This document shows positions 33,937 to 47,059 of a stretch of DNA of 64,000 nucleotides, in pieces. The notes under the pieces were generated by a model. The model was not told where the DNA came from. It did not search any database and saw nothing but the letters and a program-made list of their open reading frames with translations. Source of the DNA: Macrostomum lignano (Eukaryota); contig NIVC01003910.1 in NCBI GenBank assembly GCA_002269645.1, positions 1-64,000 of the forward strand. The letters run 5' to 3'. Position 1 is the first letter of the stretch; the number at the start of each line of letters is the position of its first letter. Both the position numbers and the translations under genes were made by a program.

Positions 33937-34688
33937 TTTAAACTCAGCCTTCAAGGCTTTAATCCAAATAAACAAATTGATATCAATCAATAAATTAGTT
34001 TTAATTAATCGGAGGAGGACTCGCTATAAATAATGGTTTCGAATCAAATTTTAATTGATCTTATATGCCTACTAACAGTAATACATATAGCTGACAAAAT
34101 TGCTCGCTTGTTGAGCAAACTTCTCACAGTCAATTTTTATGGCAAGTTAATATGCTCGTAATAAGACAATAAATATTATCCCAGTCCCAAAAGCGGGGAA
34201 GAACGACAACAGCCCCTCCGCTTGTGGGTTGGCGCAGCTGAGAGAGACAGCAGAACTGATTGCGGATTGCGGGGCACTTGGTTGAATGGGCCAGAGAGCG
34301 CGTTGGCGTTAGTATTGGGCCTTATCGCAAATCAAGTGCGTGCCTCTGCACCCCCCCCCCCAACCCCCAGGGCCGGCCAACCCCCCCCCCACCCCCAGCA
34401 GGGGGTCCCGCTGGCTGGCTGGCGTAGAACTGTTAAGCTAAGGGTTTCCAGCGTTTGCTGAGTCACGGTGTGCGTGTCTGCGACACTGGGGTGGCTGCGC
34501 CCGCCTTTAAGAGAAGTAAAGTGATTGCGGGTTTAGACACAACGGCAGCCTATTGTAGCCCTACTGGAGAAAATCTCTCACTTAAAAAGTGAAGGTCGCA
34601 AAGAAATAATTTTCTCAGCCGGCCAAGGAATTTTTCCTCCTAAGAGGTTTGCCTATCGATCGCGCAAATTCTTTTCGCTCTTAAAGGC

Positions 34689-35157
34689 ATGGAATTCTAC
34701 TATTACCTGGCCTTTCTGGTGCCGGTTCTGGTTATGGGTGAGTTCTTGAGTCTTACACTGCACTGTTCCACATCCACTGACGAGTTCGACTTCAAAGATT
34801 AGTTTTCCGTCATGCATGCAGCTGTTATAACTCATTTTATCATAGATCAGTGGCCTTTCATAAGATCTTATTATCTAATCCAATCTTATCTTATCAAGAT
34901 CTTATCAAATAGATCGTAGATCTTTTTTCTAGCAGAGCTAAGCTACCTAAATTCAATGGATGAATCTTTTAGTGGATCTTCAAATCTTCAAATGTCTCGC
35001 ATAGACCTCCAACCCGCCCCCGTCCTCAGGCCTGATCACGCACAGAATACTGAAGAGCTACAAAGACAAAGAAGCTGCCCGCCTCATGAAGAAGAAGAAG
35101 CGCGAAGAGAAGCGCGACGCCAGGGATTCCAAGAAACCGAAGCTGGCCACCTCTTGA
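34689..35157 (+). CDS. Putative 58-aa single-pass membrane microprotein, 2 exons (34689-34737, 35030-35157)
   Basis: MEFYYYLAFLVPVLVM G|GTGAGT ... CCTCAG|GC joins in phase 1, giving MEFYYYLAFLVPVLVMGLITHRILKSYKDKEAARLMKKKKREEKRDARDSKKPKLATS*. Hydrophobic N-terminus, Lys/Arg-rich tail, exon-like codon use, ATTAAA ~20 nt after the stop. Confidence 0.62.
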
Positions 35158-35699
35158 GTTGGCGGGAGTTGTGTTATTAAAAATACAAGCACTGACTGGG
35201 GCTTCTTCCAATGCCCAATTCAGTTCAAGCCAATTCGAATCAGCAAGCCTCCTTATCAGGTGTATCTGTTAGATTCCCACACTTCATTCGACTTGCTACT
35301 TTGCAGATCCCCTACACAGCCTACTGTTAGCAGTACATTGCGCGTATGTCAGTCAGATTTTACCCTCCCCCTTATATGCTTGTGCGTGCTCGCTGATGGT
35401 TGCTCGCATTTTTGTTTGCCTTCCGGGTTTGCCCCCCTTGTCAGATGAACTTCTTTGATTTGACTTTAAATACAAATTATCGATCTAGTTATGATTGAGA
35501 ATTTTTGAATCAGAAATCTTGCTGGATTTTGTGAAATAAAGTTATTGCTTTCTGACCGTTTGCTCTTTGGCTGTTCTCATTCCTGCAACGGCTGTCTGCG
35601 CTCTCCCTTAGCTTTGGGTGGCCTCGACTCCCGCGGTGTCTGATGCTTGGGCTAATCCATGCTTAACCCATTGAGTGTCCGCGATGTCATTCGGCGTCC

Positions 35700-36960
35700 T
35701 TGCCTAATCCTTATCTGGGCGACCCATCCTTTGGTGTCCATGCCTGATACTTTGGTGTCCACACTCCTAATCATTGAGTGTCCATGGCTAATCCTTGGGT
35801 GTCCATTGGCTAATCCTTGGGTTTCCATTTCTAGTCATTGGGTGTCCATGTCTAATCCTTGAGTTGAGTGTCCATGGCTAATCTTTGGGGTGTCCGTGTC
35901 TAATCCTTGAGTGTCCATGGCTAATCCTTGGGTGTCCACTGGCTAATCCTTGAGTGTCCATGGCTAATCCTTGGGTGTCCATGGCTAATCCTTGGGTGTC
36001 CATTTCTAGTCATTGGGTGTCCTTTTGGCTAATCCTTGGGTGTCCATTTCTAGTCATTGGGTGTCCTTTTGGCTAATCCTTGGGTGTCCATTTCTAGTCA
36101 TTGGGTGTCCTTTTGGCTAATCCTTGGGTGTCCATTTCTAGTCATTGGGTGTCCTTTTGGCTAATCCTTGGGTGTCCATTTCTAGTCATTGGGTGTCCTT
36201 TTGGCTAATCCTTGGGTGTTCATTGTCTAATCCTTGGTTGTTAATTGTCTAATCCTTGCATCCATGTCTAATCCTTGTATCCAAATGTCTAATCCTTGTA
36301 TCCACGTCTAATCCTTGGGTGTCCATTTCTAGTCATTGGGTGTCCTTTTGGCTAATCCTTGGTGTCCATTTCTAGTCATTGGGTGTCCTTTTGGCTAATC
36401 CTTGGGTGTCCATTTCTAGTCATTGGGTGTCCTTTTGGCTAATCCTTGGGTGTCCATTTCTAGTCATTGGGTGTCCTTTTGGCTAATCCTTGGGTGTCCA
36501 TTTCTAGTCATTGGGTGTCCTTTTGGCTAATCCTTGGGTGTCCATTTCTAGTCATTGGGTGTCCTTTTGGCTAATCCTTGGGTGTTCATTGTCTAATCTT
36601 TGGTTGTTAATTGTCTAATCCTTGCATCCATGTCTAATCCTTGTATCCAAATGTCTAATCCTTGTATCCACGTCTAATCCTTGGGTGTCCATTTCTAGTC
36701 ATTGGGTGTCCTTTTGGCTAATCCTTGGGTGTCCATTTCTAGTCATTGGGTGTCCTTTTGGCTAATCCTTGGGTGTCCATTTCTAGTCATTGGGTGTCCT
36801 TTTGGCTAATCCTTGGGTGTTCATTGTCTAATCCTTGGTTGTTAATTGTCTAATCCTTGCATCCATGTCTAATCCTTGTATCCAAATGTCTAATACTTGT
36901 ATCCACGTCTAATCCTTGGGTATCCATGTCTATTAATCCTTGGGTGTCCATACCCAACCC
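35700..36960 (+). repeat. Intergenic satellite: 44-bp dimer GGCTAATCCTTGGGTGTCCATTTCTAGTCATTGGGTGTCCTTTT with higher-order blocks
   Basis: Two related ~22-bp monomers; an interrupting block recurs three times. Confidence 0.9.
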
Positions 36961-37732
36961 TTTGGCCTTAGAGCCAAGGTGTCCATGCCTAATTTTTGAT
37001 GTCCACATCTAAGCCTTGGATGACCAACGCCTAATCCTTGAGTATTACTGTCTAAGTCTTTGGTTTCCGGATGACTAATTATTGGGTATTTAAGCTGCCT
37101 CCGAGCCAAGGCCCAAGAAGTTGTCCTCACTGTCAATACTACGGTGTCCCTTGGTTGCATTGCAGTGTAATACCCTCAAGTTATTATCTCAAGAAATTCC
37201 GCGTTAAATTACAGAGAATTTCCTCACTTGAACTTTCAAAGAAGAGCCGCATCGACCAAAGTTGTCGTTATTCGCAAATGATAGCAACGGCCCCTACCAG
37301 CTGCTCATGAATTATTCATTAGCCAGACATTAGCGCTCCACTTTTTATCTTCTTTGGCGTCAGTTTTGGAACACGCGGCTTCCCGGATCTTGTCAGCTCT
37401 GGGAGCTCCACACCGAGGCTCGGTGGGAAATTTTCGAGCCCCGGGCCGTATCGCCGACGGAATCGCGACAGCCCCGTTAGCCGGATCCTTCCCGACACCT
37501 CTTTAATCCCCGGGGGCTTCACCCCCCTCAGCCAGCGTGATGTAAAAATTCGCGTGCAAACCTTTTATGACTTGGAGACTTCGATCAGAGCGAGATCGAT
37601 CTGCCCAGCAGCAGCCTCCCTGATCCGCGATGCAATTTTAACGACCTGCTCACAGCACGGAGCCTGGCGGTCTGCTGCCGCAATGCAGTGGCACTCCGGC
37701 TTGGTCTCGGAGACACTTTTGCTCCTGAAGCT

Positions 37733-38260
37733 TTGCCCCTGAACTCTTGCCTCTGAACCCTTGCCCCTGAACCCTTGCCCCTGAACCCTTGCCCCTGAAC
37801 CCTTGCCCCTGAACCCTTGCCCCTGAACCCTTGCCCCTGAACCCTTGCCCCTGAACCCTTGCCCCTGAACCCTTGCCCCTGAACCCTTGCCCCTGAACCC
37901 TTGCCCCTGAACTCTTGCCCCTGAACCCTTGCCCCTGAACCCTTGCCCCTGAACTCTTGCCCTGAACCCTTGCCCCTGAACCCTTGCCCCTGAACTCTTG
38001 CCCCTGAACCCTTGCCCCTGAACCCTTGCCCCTGAACCCTTGCCCCTGAACTCTTGCCCCTGAACCCTTGCCCCTGAACCCTTGCCCCTGAACCCTTGCC
38101 CCTGAACCCTTGCCCCTGAACCCTTGCCCCTGAACCACAGCCTCTGAACCCTTGCCCCTGAACCACAGCCTCTGAACCATAGACTCAGAACCCAACCCTA
38201 GACCCTGAACCCAACCCTAGAACCTGAACCCTTGCCTATGAACCCTAGACCCTGACCCCT
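37733..38260 (+). repeat. 14-bp minisatellite GAACCCTTGCCCCT
   Basis: Directly visible, decaying at the 3' side. Confidence 0.95.
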
Positions 38261-38779
38261 AGACCCTGTTAGACCATGAGTCCTTGCTCATGAACCCTTG
38301 CACTTTAACCCATTGACTCTGAGGCCCTGACACTTAACTCTTGACACGGCACCCCTTGCTTTAAAACCTTGAACTTGAACATCTGAGGTTAAGAAAATAA
38401 ACTATTGAAGTCCCTAAAACCCTCGACGTGATCTAGATCCGGCCACTTCTCAAAACTCCGCTACGAGACCCAGCCTCCCAAGCGATGAAGCATGCTCATA
38501 CGAGGCCTCACGGAGAGTCAATATTGTCCGGGCCAAGCCGGCCGGCCCGGTCTCATTCCCTGTCACGAATTTCTGCGATCGTTCAAAACTTTGAGAGTTC
38601 AGGAATGCTTTGACAATTTTCGGCCCCCAGTCCGCATTGGCCCGGCCACGTCGCTGGTCCCCCGGGGCCGTGCGGCCGACAGCCTTCCATAAAAGCCGGG
38701 CAAAGTCGGCCACTTCCACCTCCAGAGGAGCGACAGCAGCCAGGAGATCCCCGAGCCCCGACGACAGTTTTCAGCCATC

Positions 38780-39202
38780 ATGAGCAGCAGCCGCGACCTG
38801 TTTAACGCCTTCGACGTCGACGGCAACGGCAGCCTCGACCTGCGCGAGTTCGGCGCCCTGATGCGCGCTTTCGGCGCCAGCGCCAACGGGCGCCGCCTGA
38901 CGGAGGCGGAGGTGGCCGGCATTCTCGGCCGGGTGGACAGCGACGCCAGCGGCTGCGTGGACTTCGCCGAGTTCGAGGCCGCCGCCGACGTCCACCTGCG
39001 CCGGCCGCTGCCGGACCTCGGCCGCCTGGCCGAATTTCGGGCTGCCGACGCGGACTCCGACGGCCTCCTCACCGTCGAAGAGGCGGCCGCGGCCGCGCGC
39101 AAGCTGGGCCGCCAGCTGCGGGATGTCGGCGCCGAGAACTGCGGAGGCTGCGATGGCCGGCGCCTCATCAACTACGTTGAGTTCCTGCAGCTGCTGGCGT
39201 GA
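38780..39202 (+). CDS. Calmodulin-like EF-hand calcium-binding protein (140 aa, intronless)
   Basis: EF loops DVDGNGSLDLREF, DSDASGCVDFAEF, DADSDGLLTVEEA and a degenerate fourth (..DGRRLINYVEF); GC-rich codon use. Confidence 0.88.
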   Translation: MSSSRDLFNAFDVDGNGSLDLREFGALMRAFGASANGRRLTEAEVAGILGRVDSDASGCVDFAEFEAAADVHLRRPLPDLGRLAEFRAADADSDGLLTVEEAAAAARKLGRQLRDVGAENCGGCDGRRLINYVEFLQLLA

Positions 39203-39479
39203 AGCCATCGGGCGATGAAATCCGCTCGGCTACTGACCTTTTTTCTTTCCTGCTCCCTTTGTGCACCGCGTTTAGCCTTTTTTATTGTCAACATCTCACG
39301 GATACAAATACAGCTGCACTCGCTTGCGCCATCGAATCTGCTCAAGTCTCCTTTGTTTTGCATTACGAGTATTTACTGAGCTCACTTCAGCACGTTGAGT
39401 TAGGGAATTTAATCCCATTCTAATCCTCGATCACACACTGCTATCTCACTCTACGAGCGTAATCTTACTGTAATTCTCA

Positions 39480-39880
39480 CTCTCAACTCATTCTATTCTT
39501 TCTCCAACCTCACTCGAATCTCACTCGAAACTCACTCGAATCTCACTCGAATCTCACTCGAATCTCACTCGAATCTCACTCGAATCTCACTCGAAACTTA
39601 CTCGAATCTCACTCGAATCTCACTCTATTCTCACTCGAATCTCACTTCGAATCCCATTCTAATCCTCGATCACACACTGCTACCTCACTTTAATCTTACT
39701 GTAATTCTCACTCATCTCATTCTATTCTCATTCCAACCTCACTCTAATCTCATTCTAATCTCACTCTAGTCTCACTCAACTCTCACTCGAATCTTGCTCA
39801 AATCTTACTCGAATCTCATTCTAGTCTCACCCTAATGTCACTCTAATCGCACTCCAACCTCGCTATAGTCTCACTTCATC
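39480..39880 (+). repeat. 11-bp degenerate repeat GAATCTCACTC
   Basis: Directly visible. Confidence 0.8.
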
Positions 39881-42800
39881 ACTGTCTCTAAACCCCACTT
39901 TAACCCCGCCTTCCAGATTACACAATAAACAGTTCAGTAAGTGAACATTGTGCACACATTATTGTTTCTCATGCGTTTCTCTTTTTTTGTCTCTACAATT
40001 GAATGCCAAATTTTTGGCGCCAATACGTGAGTTCTGACTAAAACTAATGTTTCTAAATTGCTACTCAAATTCTCTCTAGTAAGTAGCGAGATACTTATAA
40101 TGAAGACCTTGTCTTGTTTTCATTAAACTTTGAATTTCAACACGGCTTGAAGGTCAGCGGCTGAGCAAGGCGCTCCAGACTCCGGCCTCATCCATGCGGC
40201 TCCTCACTGCATGAGAGGTGGGGCTCGGGGGGGAGGGTGGGAGATGCCGTGGCTAATCCATAGTCGGGTAAAACCGGAGAGCTGCAGCTGTTTCAATATT
40301 AGGGGAGAATAATCCCCCTGGCGGAGCACGGCTGCGATGAGGCTGGCAGCTGCAGGGATCCGAATCAAAGTGGGATTTGACACGAACCTGGCTGCTTGAT
40401 CTGCTGCGGCTGTCGAAGTATTTGGGACGCGGATCCCAATCTGATACAGATATCCCTAGCCTTCCTTTTCTCCCCTTGAGCTAGTCAGGTGGCTTCGTGA
40501 CTCGCAGCGCAAAAAATATAAAGAGGATTTTTTCAGCAGGGGACCGGGGCGCGGCCTTCTCATTTCCGCTGCTCGCTCCGAGTCCCTGCTCAAGCTTCTC
40601 CAGGGATATTTATCCCAAGAAGGCGTGTTCCCGGCTCCGCTTCCCCACCCCATATTTTCCCATATTCGCCACGATTTCCCGGCGCTGAATAAAAATCCCC
40701 GCTAATCCTGAGGCCAGGTGGAAATCCCATTCCCGCTGATGAAGCTCGGTGTTCGCCCAGGTGAAAGAGAAAATCCTGGCGAACTCGAGAGCCTCGCCGC
40801 CGCCGCCGCCGCCGCATCTCCGCGTGCACCGGGCGGAAAATCTCCGGCAGCTGCAGCCGAGAATTTGCGGACTTGACTGATGCAGCCCAGCCTCTGTGTG
40901 GCAACTCCCAGCAAATATATTTGCTCTACTCGCCTACTTGCAGTAAGCTGTAGTGAAAATTATTTCATTTGACAGCGAGAAAATATAAATTCAAAGACTA
41001 AAAAATAGGCTAAATTCTGAAAACTAAAACGGCCCTTTTAAGGGCCACCCAAGCAAGTTGCAACTCGTTGGAATGATGACGTGGGTGGGGATGATGACGA
41101 TGATGAAGAATCTGGATGCGCCTGCGGGCGGCCGGCCATTCAGGCAAACTGCTCGATTTTGAAAGCCCTTCCGATCCATTGAGAGTTCATGCAGCCCCGC
41201 CCCGGAGATGCTGAAAGCAAGGGGAGGCCAGAAGATTATAAACTCGTCTTCTCCCGGTCCGTTTTGATGAAGCAGTCCAGCCTCTCCTGCTTTCCCTATT
41301 CAGCAGCTCGAGCAGCTCTTTGGCCCGCCTCCCTCAGGGGCTCTCAGGGCCGCCCGGGACGGGACGGGCAGGTAATTATCCATTTACCTGGACCGGGAGG
41401 CGGTCAAAGAGGAAGTCGAGTCGTAGGGAGGGGGGGAGAGAATCTGTGCGGGGCTGATGAGGCCAGGATGCTGGCGTAGTGAATCGGACTCGGCCGCTGA
41501 TTACCGGACAGGCCCGGCCAGGCCGGCCGGACAGCACGGGACAAGTCAGGTGAAGTCAGAGACAAAGCAGCTCGCAGACGGCAGCGGAAAGCAGCGGGAA
41601 ACTGAGCGAGTTGAGCGGCTCAGAGAGCAGCAATGATAAGGCGGGGATGCTGCACGCGTGTCCGCCTCATCAACTTCACTAGGCAGCTGCGCCGATGACG
41701 GCAGAAAAGTTCCAGCACTGCAGAGGCCGGCTGCCCCGTGCAGCTGCCTCAGCTTCCCCTCTGCATCTGCGCCCCAGCCTCTGCCTGTTTCTGCCCAGAT
41801 GAGTCCTTGAGCGGCTCCGCAGCGGCTCCGCAGCTGCAATCAAGAGTAGAAGGGGAAGGGGAGTTGTCAAAGGCAGGCCCGAACTATTCGGGATTCGGAG
41901 AGCTGCTCTGAGCAGCAGCAGCGGCAGCGGCTTCCCCTGCCGGAGCCGGGCTGCAGTGCGGGCGAGCGGCTCGTGGGGGCTGCGTGCGATGGAGGCAGGC
42001 CGGAGGCTGCCTTTTCCCCAAGGAGGCTGCAGCTGCAGACAGGGGAGGCTGAGTTGCCCGGCAACCGCTGCCGGCCCAGCGAGCAGCGAGTCGGAGGCGG
42101 CGATCGCTCGGGGATCGCGGATATCGATTTTCCCTGCTCCCGGCCAGCCTCCTCCAGCCTCACTGAAGGCTGCGAGTGCAGCGGCGGGGCAGAGGGGGCG
42201 GCCGCGGCCCGAGTGCTCAGCTGCTGCCCTCTGCGATCGCGAGCTGCCGGAGGAGGCTGCGGCCAGCCGCCCAGCCCGCCGCTCTCAAAGCCCAGCCTCT
42301 GCCTCATCTCTCCTTCCTCTCTCCCTTTGCCGAGCGGGCCTCAATTTTTGCGTGCGAAATCCCCTCGCTTCCTCTCTCGGCTCTGCCCCCCCCCCCAACC
42401 GAGCAGGGAGCGGGCGGAGAGGCTGCCAACAACTCTCTGAGTCCTCTGAGTCACCCAAGCAGAACCGTGCCGGCCTGGCTTGCTGCTCGGGTAGATGAGG
42501 AAGGGAAGCCCCAGCCTCTCTTTGGCCAGGCTCGCCATCTCCTTCCTGCTCCCCTTTGCGCTTGTCTGCTTGGCACGCAACCCTGAACTCTAAGGCTAGG
42601 GAACCAAGCTATGGGAGAAAAATCCCCCTCTCATTTCATTTCTTCCAATTCATCCTCTCTGCAGGGCCCTCTGGCGGGGCTTAAACAAATGTCTTTGTGC
42701 CTCACCGCAGACAAAGACCTCAGCCGAGACCGGCCTGCGCGCTAATGGAGAGGCGGTGTCGCGGAAACCTGAGCCATTGTGCCTGCCGGTTGCGCCGACA

Positions 42801-43273
42801 GATGCGCGGGGGGGGAGGCGGTTGCGTCAGATCTGGGAAGTGGCGATGACTGAAGAGGAAAGCAAGAATTCACGAGCTGGCTGGCTAAGGGGCCGATATT
42901 TGGAAAACAATGGCCAAGGGGCTCTGAATTAATTCGCCAGCTGGGCATTGCTGGGGGGGGGGGGGGTTGCGCCACTCTCCCCAATGCCCACAGCTCTGCG
43001 CCCCGAGAAATCCGAGACGGGCGAAGTCGATGGCGATGTCTTCTGCTGTTGCTTTTTTCTCAACACAGCCGTCTCGAATTTCCCTCACCTGCCCAGGTTG
43101 GACTCTGTTACTGTGGAAACTGGGAGGGACACTCGCGATTTGCATTGGCTTCGGGTCTGAGAGTTCGGCTTGCCTTTGCGTTTGCCCGCTTGCAACTGCG
43201 GGCCTGCATGGCTCTGGCGCTGGCCGAACCCAGCTACGGATTGGGCCTGTGGAGTGCGAGGGACTCTCGGAGC

Positions 43274-43995
43274 CGCAGGTGGGGTCAGTACAGGCTAATG
43301 GGAGATAGAGGGGGCAGGTGGGGTCAGTACAGGCTAATGGGAGATAGAGGGGGCAGGTGGGGTCAGTACAGGCTAATGGGAGATAGAGGGGGCAGGTGGG
43401 GTCAGTACAGGCTAATGGGAGATAGAGGGGGCAGGTGGGGTCAGTACAGGCTAATGGGAGATAGAGGGGGCAGGTGGGGTCAGTACAGGCTAATGGGAGA
43501 TAGAGGGGGCAGGTGGGGTCAGTACAGGCTAATGGGAGATAGAGGGGGCAGGTGGGGTCAGTACAGGCTAATGGGAGATAGAGGGGGCAGGTGGGGTCAG
43601 TAGAGGCTAATTGGAGATAGAGGGGGGCAGGTGGGGTCAGTAGAGGCTAATGGGAGATAGAGGGGGCAGGTGGGGTCAGTACAGGCTAATTGGAGATAGA
43701 GGGGGCAGGTGGGGTCAGTAGAGGCTAATGGGAGATAGAGGGGGGCAGGTGGGGTCAGTAGAGGCTAATGGGAGATAGAGGGGGGCAGGTGGGGTCAGTA
43801 CAGGCTAATTGGAGATAGAGGGGGGCAGGTGGGGTCAGTAGAGGCTAATGGGAGATAGAGGGGGGCAGGTGGGGTCAGTAGAGGCTCTAGTGGGAGATAT
43901 AGGGGGCAGGTGGGGTCAGTACAAGCTAATGGGAGATACCCGAGGCAGGTGGGGTCAGTACAGGCTCTAGTGAGAGATAGAGGGGGCAGGTGGGG
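43274..43995 (+). repeat. 39-bp G-rich minisatellite GCAGGTGGGGTCAGTACAGGCTAATGGGAGATAGAGGGG
   Basis: Explains the 13-aa periodic ORF RWGQYRLMGDRGG. Confidence 0.95.
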
Positions 43996-44375
43996 TCAGC
44001 GGTGTCGGAACATGTTTCAAAGTGGGGGGGGGGCTATTGGTGGGAAGGCACATTGCACATGATTTTTTTAATCTAAGGGCACACAAACTCCGGCTGTTAT
44101 GTCAGTTTGTGACATTGTGACAACCAGGCCAATATTCAATTCTGTGTTGAAAGTGGCCAAAATTCTGAAAAATGTTCAAATTTTCAATTAATTCAAACAT
44201 TGCCCAACTCCACTGCACTATCAATTTATTTAGTAAATATCTCAAATGAATGAAAATTGCCAGGGCAAGACCAGTAATTTTCTGGATCTCTTGGCTGCCT
44301 CCTTCAGTTCCTCTTGGCGCTGTCTATTTATTATTTTATCTGACGGCTTTTTAGTGCTTTTACGAGCTACCAAAA

Positions 44376-45275
44376 CAGGGGTGGGCAAACTCCGGCCTGA
44401 GGGCCAAATGTGGCCCGCAAAGCCTCTCTATCCGGCCCTTGGGTCCTTTGAATCTTCACAATAGCAATCCGGCCCGCTCGATGTGTGTCTCTTCTCAGCT
44501 CTCTCTTCTCTCACCTCTCTCTTCTCTCACCTCTCTCTTCTCTCACCTCTCTCTTCTCTCACATCTCTCTTCTCAATTCTCCTGTCCTCTCCTCTCCTCT
44601 CCTCACCTCTCCTCTCCTCACCTCTCCTCTCCTCACCTCTCCTCTCCTCACCTCTCCTCTCCTCACCTCCCTCCTCTTCTCTCATCTCCTCACCTCTCCT
44701 CACCTCTCTCCTGTCCTCTCATCTCATCTCCTCACCTCTCTCCTCTCCTCACCTCTCTCCTGTCCTCTCATCTCATCTCCTCACCTCTCTCCTCTCCTCA
44801 CCTCTCTCCTGTCCTCTCATCTCATCTCCTCACCTCTCTCCTCTCCTCACCTCTCTCCTGTCCTCTCATCTCATCTCCTCACCTCTCTCCTCTCCTCTCC
44901 TCTCATCTCCTCACCTCTCTCCTCTCCTCTCCTCTCACCTCCTGTTTCCTCTCCATTCTCTTCTCCCTTCCCTCCTCACTTATGTCCTTCCTCCTCTCTC
45001 ACATATTTCAACTCTCCTCTCCCCATTCATCGCCCAACTCCTCCCTCCTCTCTCCTCTCCTATTTCATCTCTCTTATTCTTTTTTCCTTCGCCTCTCCTT
45101 TCTCCTGCGCTCGTATTTCTCTTCTCTATTCCCTATCCTCTCTCCCTAAAGCCCGCAGTCATCAGGGACTCCTGGGCGCGCATTTCGCTCATGGGGCCCA
45201 GCGAAGCGGACCCAGAAGGGCAGCCATGCGCTGTTCTCAATCCGGCCCTTGAGGTAAAAAGTTTGCTGATCCTTG
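44376..45275. mobile_element. Old hAT/Charlie-like non-autonomous DNA element with an internal CT-rich expansion
   Basis: Left end CAGGGGTGGGCAAACT, right end AGTTTGCTGATCCTTG (12/16 inverted match). Repeated subterminal TCCGGCCC motifs. No conserved TSD. Family likeness recalled from memory. Confidence 0.5.
44480..45140 (+). repeat. CT-rich low-complexity tract (CTCTCCTCAC-like units)
   Basis: Directly visible. Confidence 0.9.
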
Positions 45276-45459
45276 CACTAAAGCACTAGGCTTAGGCACA
45301 TTAGATAAAAATGTAGTGGTATGAGATTGAGAACAACATGAACTTTTATATCAGCTGGTACCCACAGCTTCCAAGACTCAGTAAAGCCAAAGCCAAAAAC
45401 TGACCGACACTTGCTTGAAATTCAAAAAGGGCACTTGGAGGATCATGCAAAATGCCCCC

Positions 45460-45565
45460 CACTGAGGCTGGCACTGAGGCTGGCACTCAGGCTGGCACTC
45501 AGGCTGGCACTCAGGCTGGCACTGAGGCTGGCACTGAGGCTGGCACTGAGGCTGGCACTGAGGCC
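45460..45565 (+). repeat. 12-bp repeat GAGGCTGGCACT
   Basis: Directly visible. Confidence 0.9.
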
Positions 45566-46592
45566 CATCTCAGATGGCCGCGTCTTCCTCCAGCCTTCCC
45601 CCTTCTTTCAATTTTGGCAACAGCAGGCCGTGGGGGCGCCCGCATATTCGAAACTGCAGCCTGAGAGGCAAAATTGTCGCGAGAGAGGGAAGGGGCATTT
45701 CCGGCCAAATCGTCTGTGTTTTGTCTTCAATCGCGAGACGGCAATTCTTGGAATTCGGAAAAAATTAAGCAAGAGAAAGGAGTGGAGGATGGCGCTGAGG
45801 TAAACAGGAGAAGGGGATCTCTAGCCCGGCTCTCACTCGAGTCCCACTTGCGGTATCCAAGGCAGGGGGAAGCTGGCTGTGACTCTTAGCGGTTGGCAAA
45901 AAGCGACATGTCGAGATGAAGCAAAGCACAGGCGGTCTGTGACTCACCGGTGCGGCTCGGAGACTGCGATCGGGTAGGCAGATGATGCAAAGGGGGGGGG
46001 AGCGGAAGCCCCGGTGGGCGCAGGTTGAGCGGGGCCGCCAGGTGCGGGACAGCCGTAATTACTGGCCTCAGCCGCCACCTGCCGCTATCCTGTTCGAAGC
46101 CCTGGCCGGCTGGGGGAAAAATCTCCCTAAAAAATCTACTTTCCCCCGAAAATCTCTTCGTCCCAGCGAGGCAGCGAGAAGGAAAGAGATGATGAAGAAT
46201 CTTGGTGGAGAAAATGGAACAGCAGTGCGATGACAGCCCAGCTTAGAAGCCTCAGGGCGGGTGCGGCATTGCGCAAGGCCTCCGCCAAGACCCCCCTTGG
46301 AGCGCCCGACCTTGCGTCACAGCCTTAGGAGGCCGGCTGGCGTCAGTGGAGTGGAAACGCTTGCGCAACTCCTTTGACGGGGAATGCGAGAATTGCCTCT
46401 GAGTGCCTCGGGTTGAGCCGCCACCCACAGAGCAGCTTTGCGCTCATCGGACATTGGCCGGCCATTAGCGCCTACGGCCGGCTCTGCATGGTCTGCGGGA
46501 ATCTTCACTTGGTTCAGTTCCCACTGTGCCTGCTGTGGGGCCCGGATTTGGGACCCGGCTGGGCAGGCACACACTAAGATAGGGGGCAGACA

Positions 46593-47059
46593 CATAGGCG
46601 AAGGAGCGTTTCAAAAAGTGGGGGGGGGGGGCAGCCCCGTCGAGTTCGACACATTATCATGTACCGATTATTTTCAGAATCCATCTTGTCAGCACTCATT
46701 TTATAAAGCGCCGCAGGCACTCATTTTAGCGCCGCAGGCACTCATTTTAGCGCCGCAGGCACTCATTTTAGCGCCGCAGGCACTCATTTTGGCGCCGCAG
46801 GCACTCATTTTAGCGCCGCAGGCACTCATTTTGGCGCTGCAGGCACTCATTTTAGCGCCGCAGGCACTCATTTTGGCGCTGCAGGCGCTATGTTTTGTCT
46901 CCCTGCAGCAAAATGCATTCATGCAAAGCAGCAAAAACCAAAAATAAGCAAGAAGTCTACATTTTACATTTAAAATGTGGAGGGGCTATATATTACTGGC
47001 CTCCCGATTTTAAAAAGTGGGGGGGCATGGCCCCACTGCCCCCCGTTCCTACGCCTATG
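46593..47059. mobile_element. hAT-type MITE (467 bp) containing a 21-bp tandem array (46708-46890)
   Basis: TIRs CATAGGCGAAGGAGC / GTTCCTACGCCTATG (13/15); 8-bp TSD GGCAGACA at 46585-46592 and 47060-47067. Confidence 0.85.

Noticed and set aside
45157-45253. Plus-strand exon VIRDSWARISLMGPSEADPEGQPCAVLNPALE with CAG/GT borders
   Set aside because: Its 3' end and donor coincide with the right terminus of the hAT-like element, and no partner exons were found.
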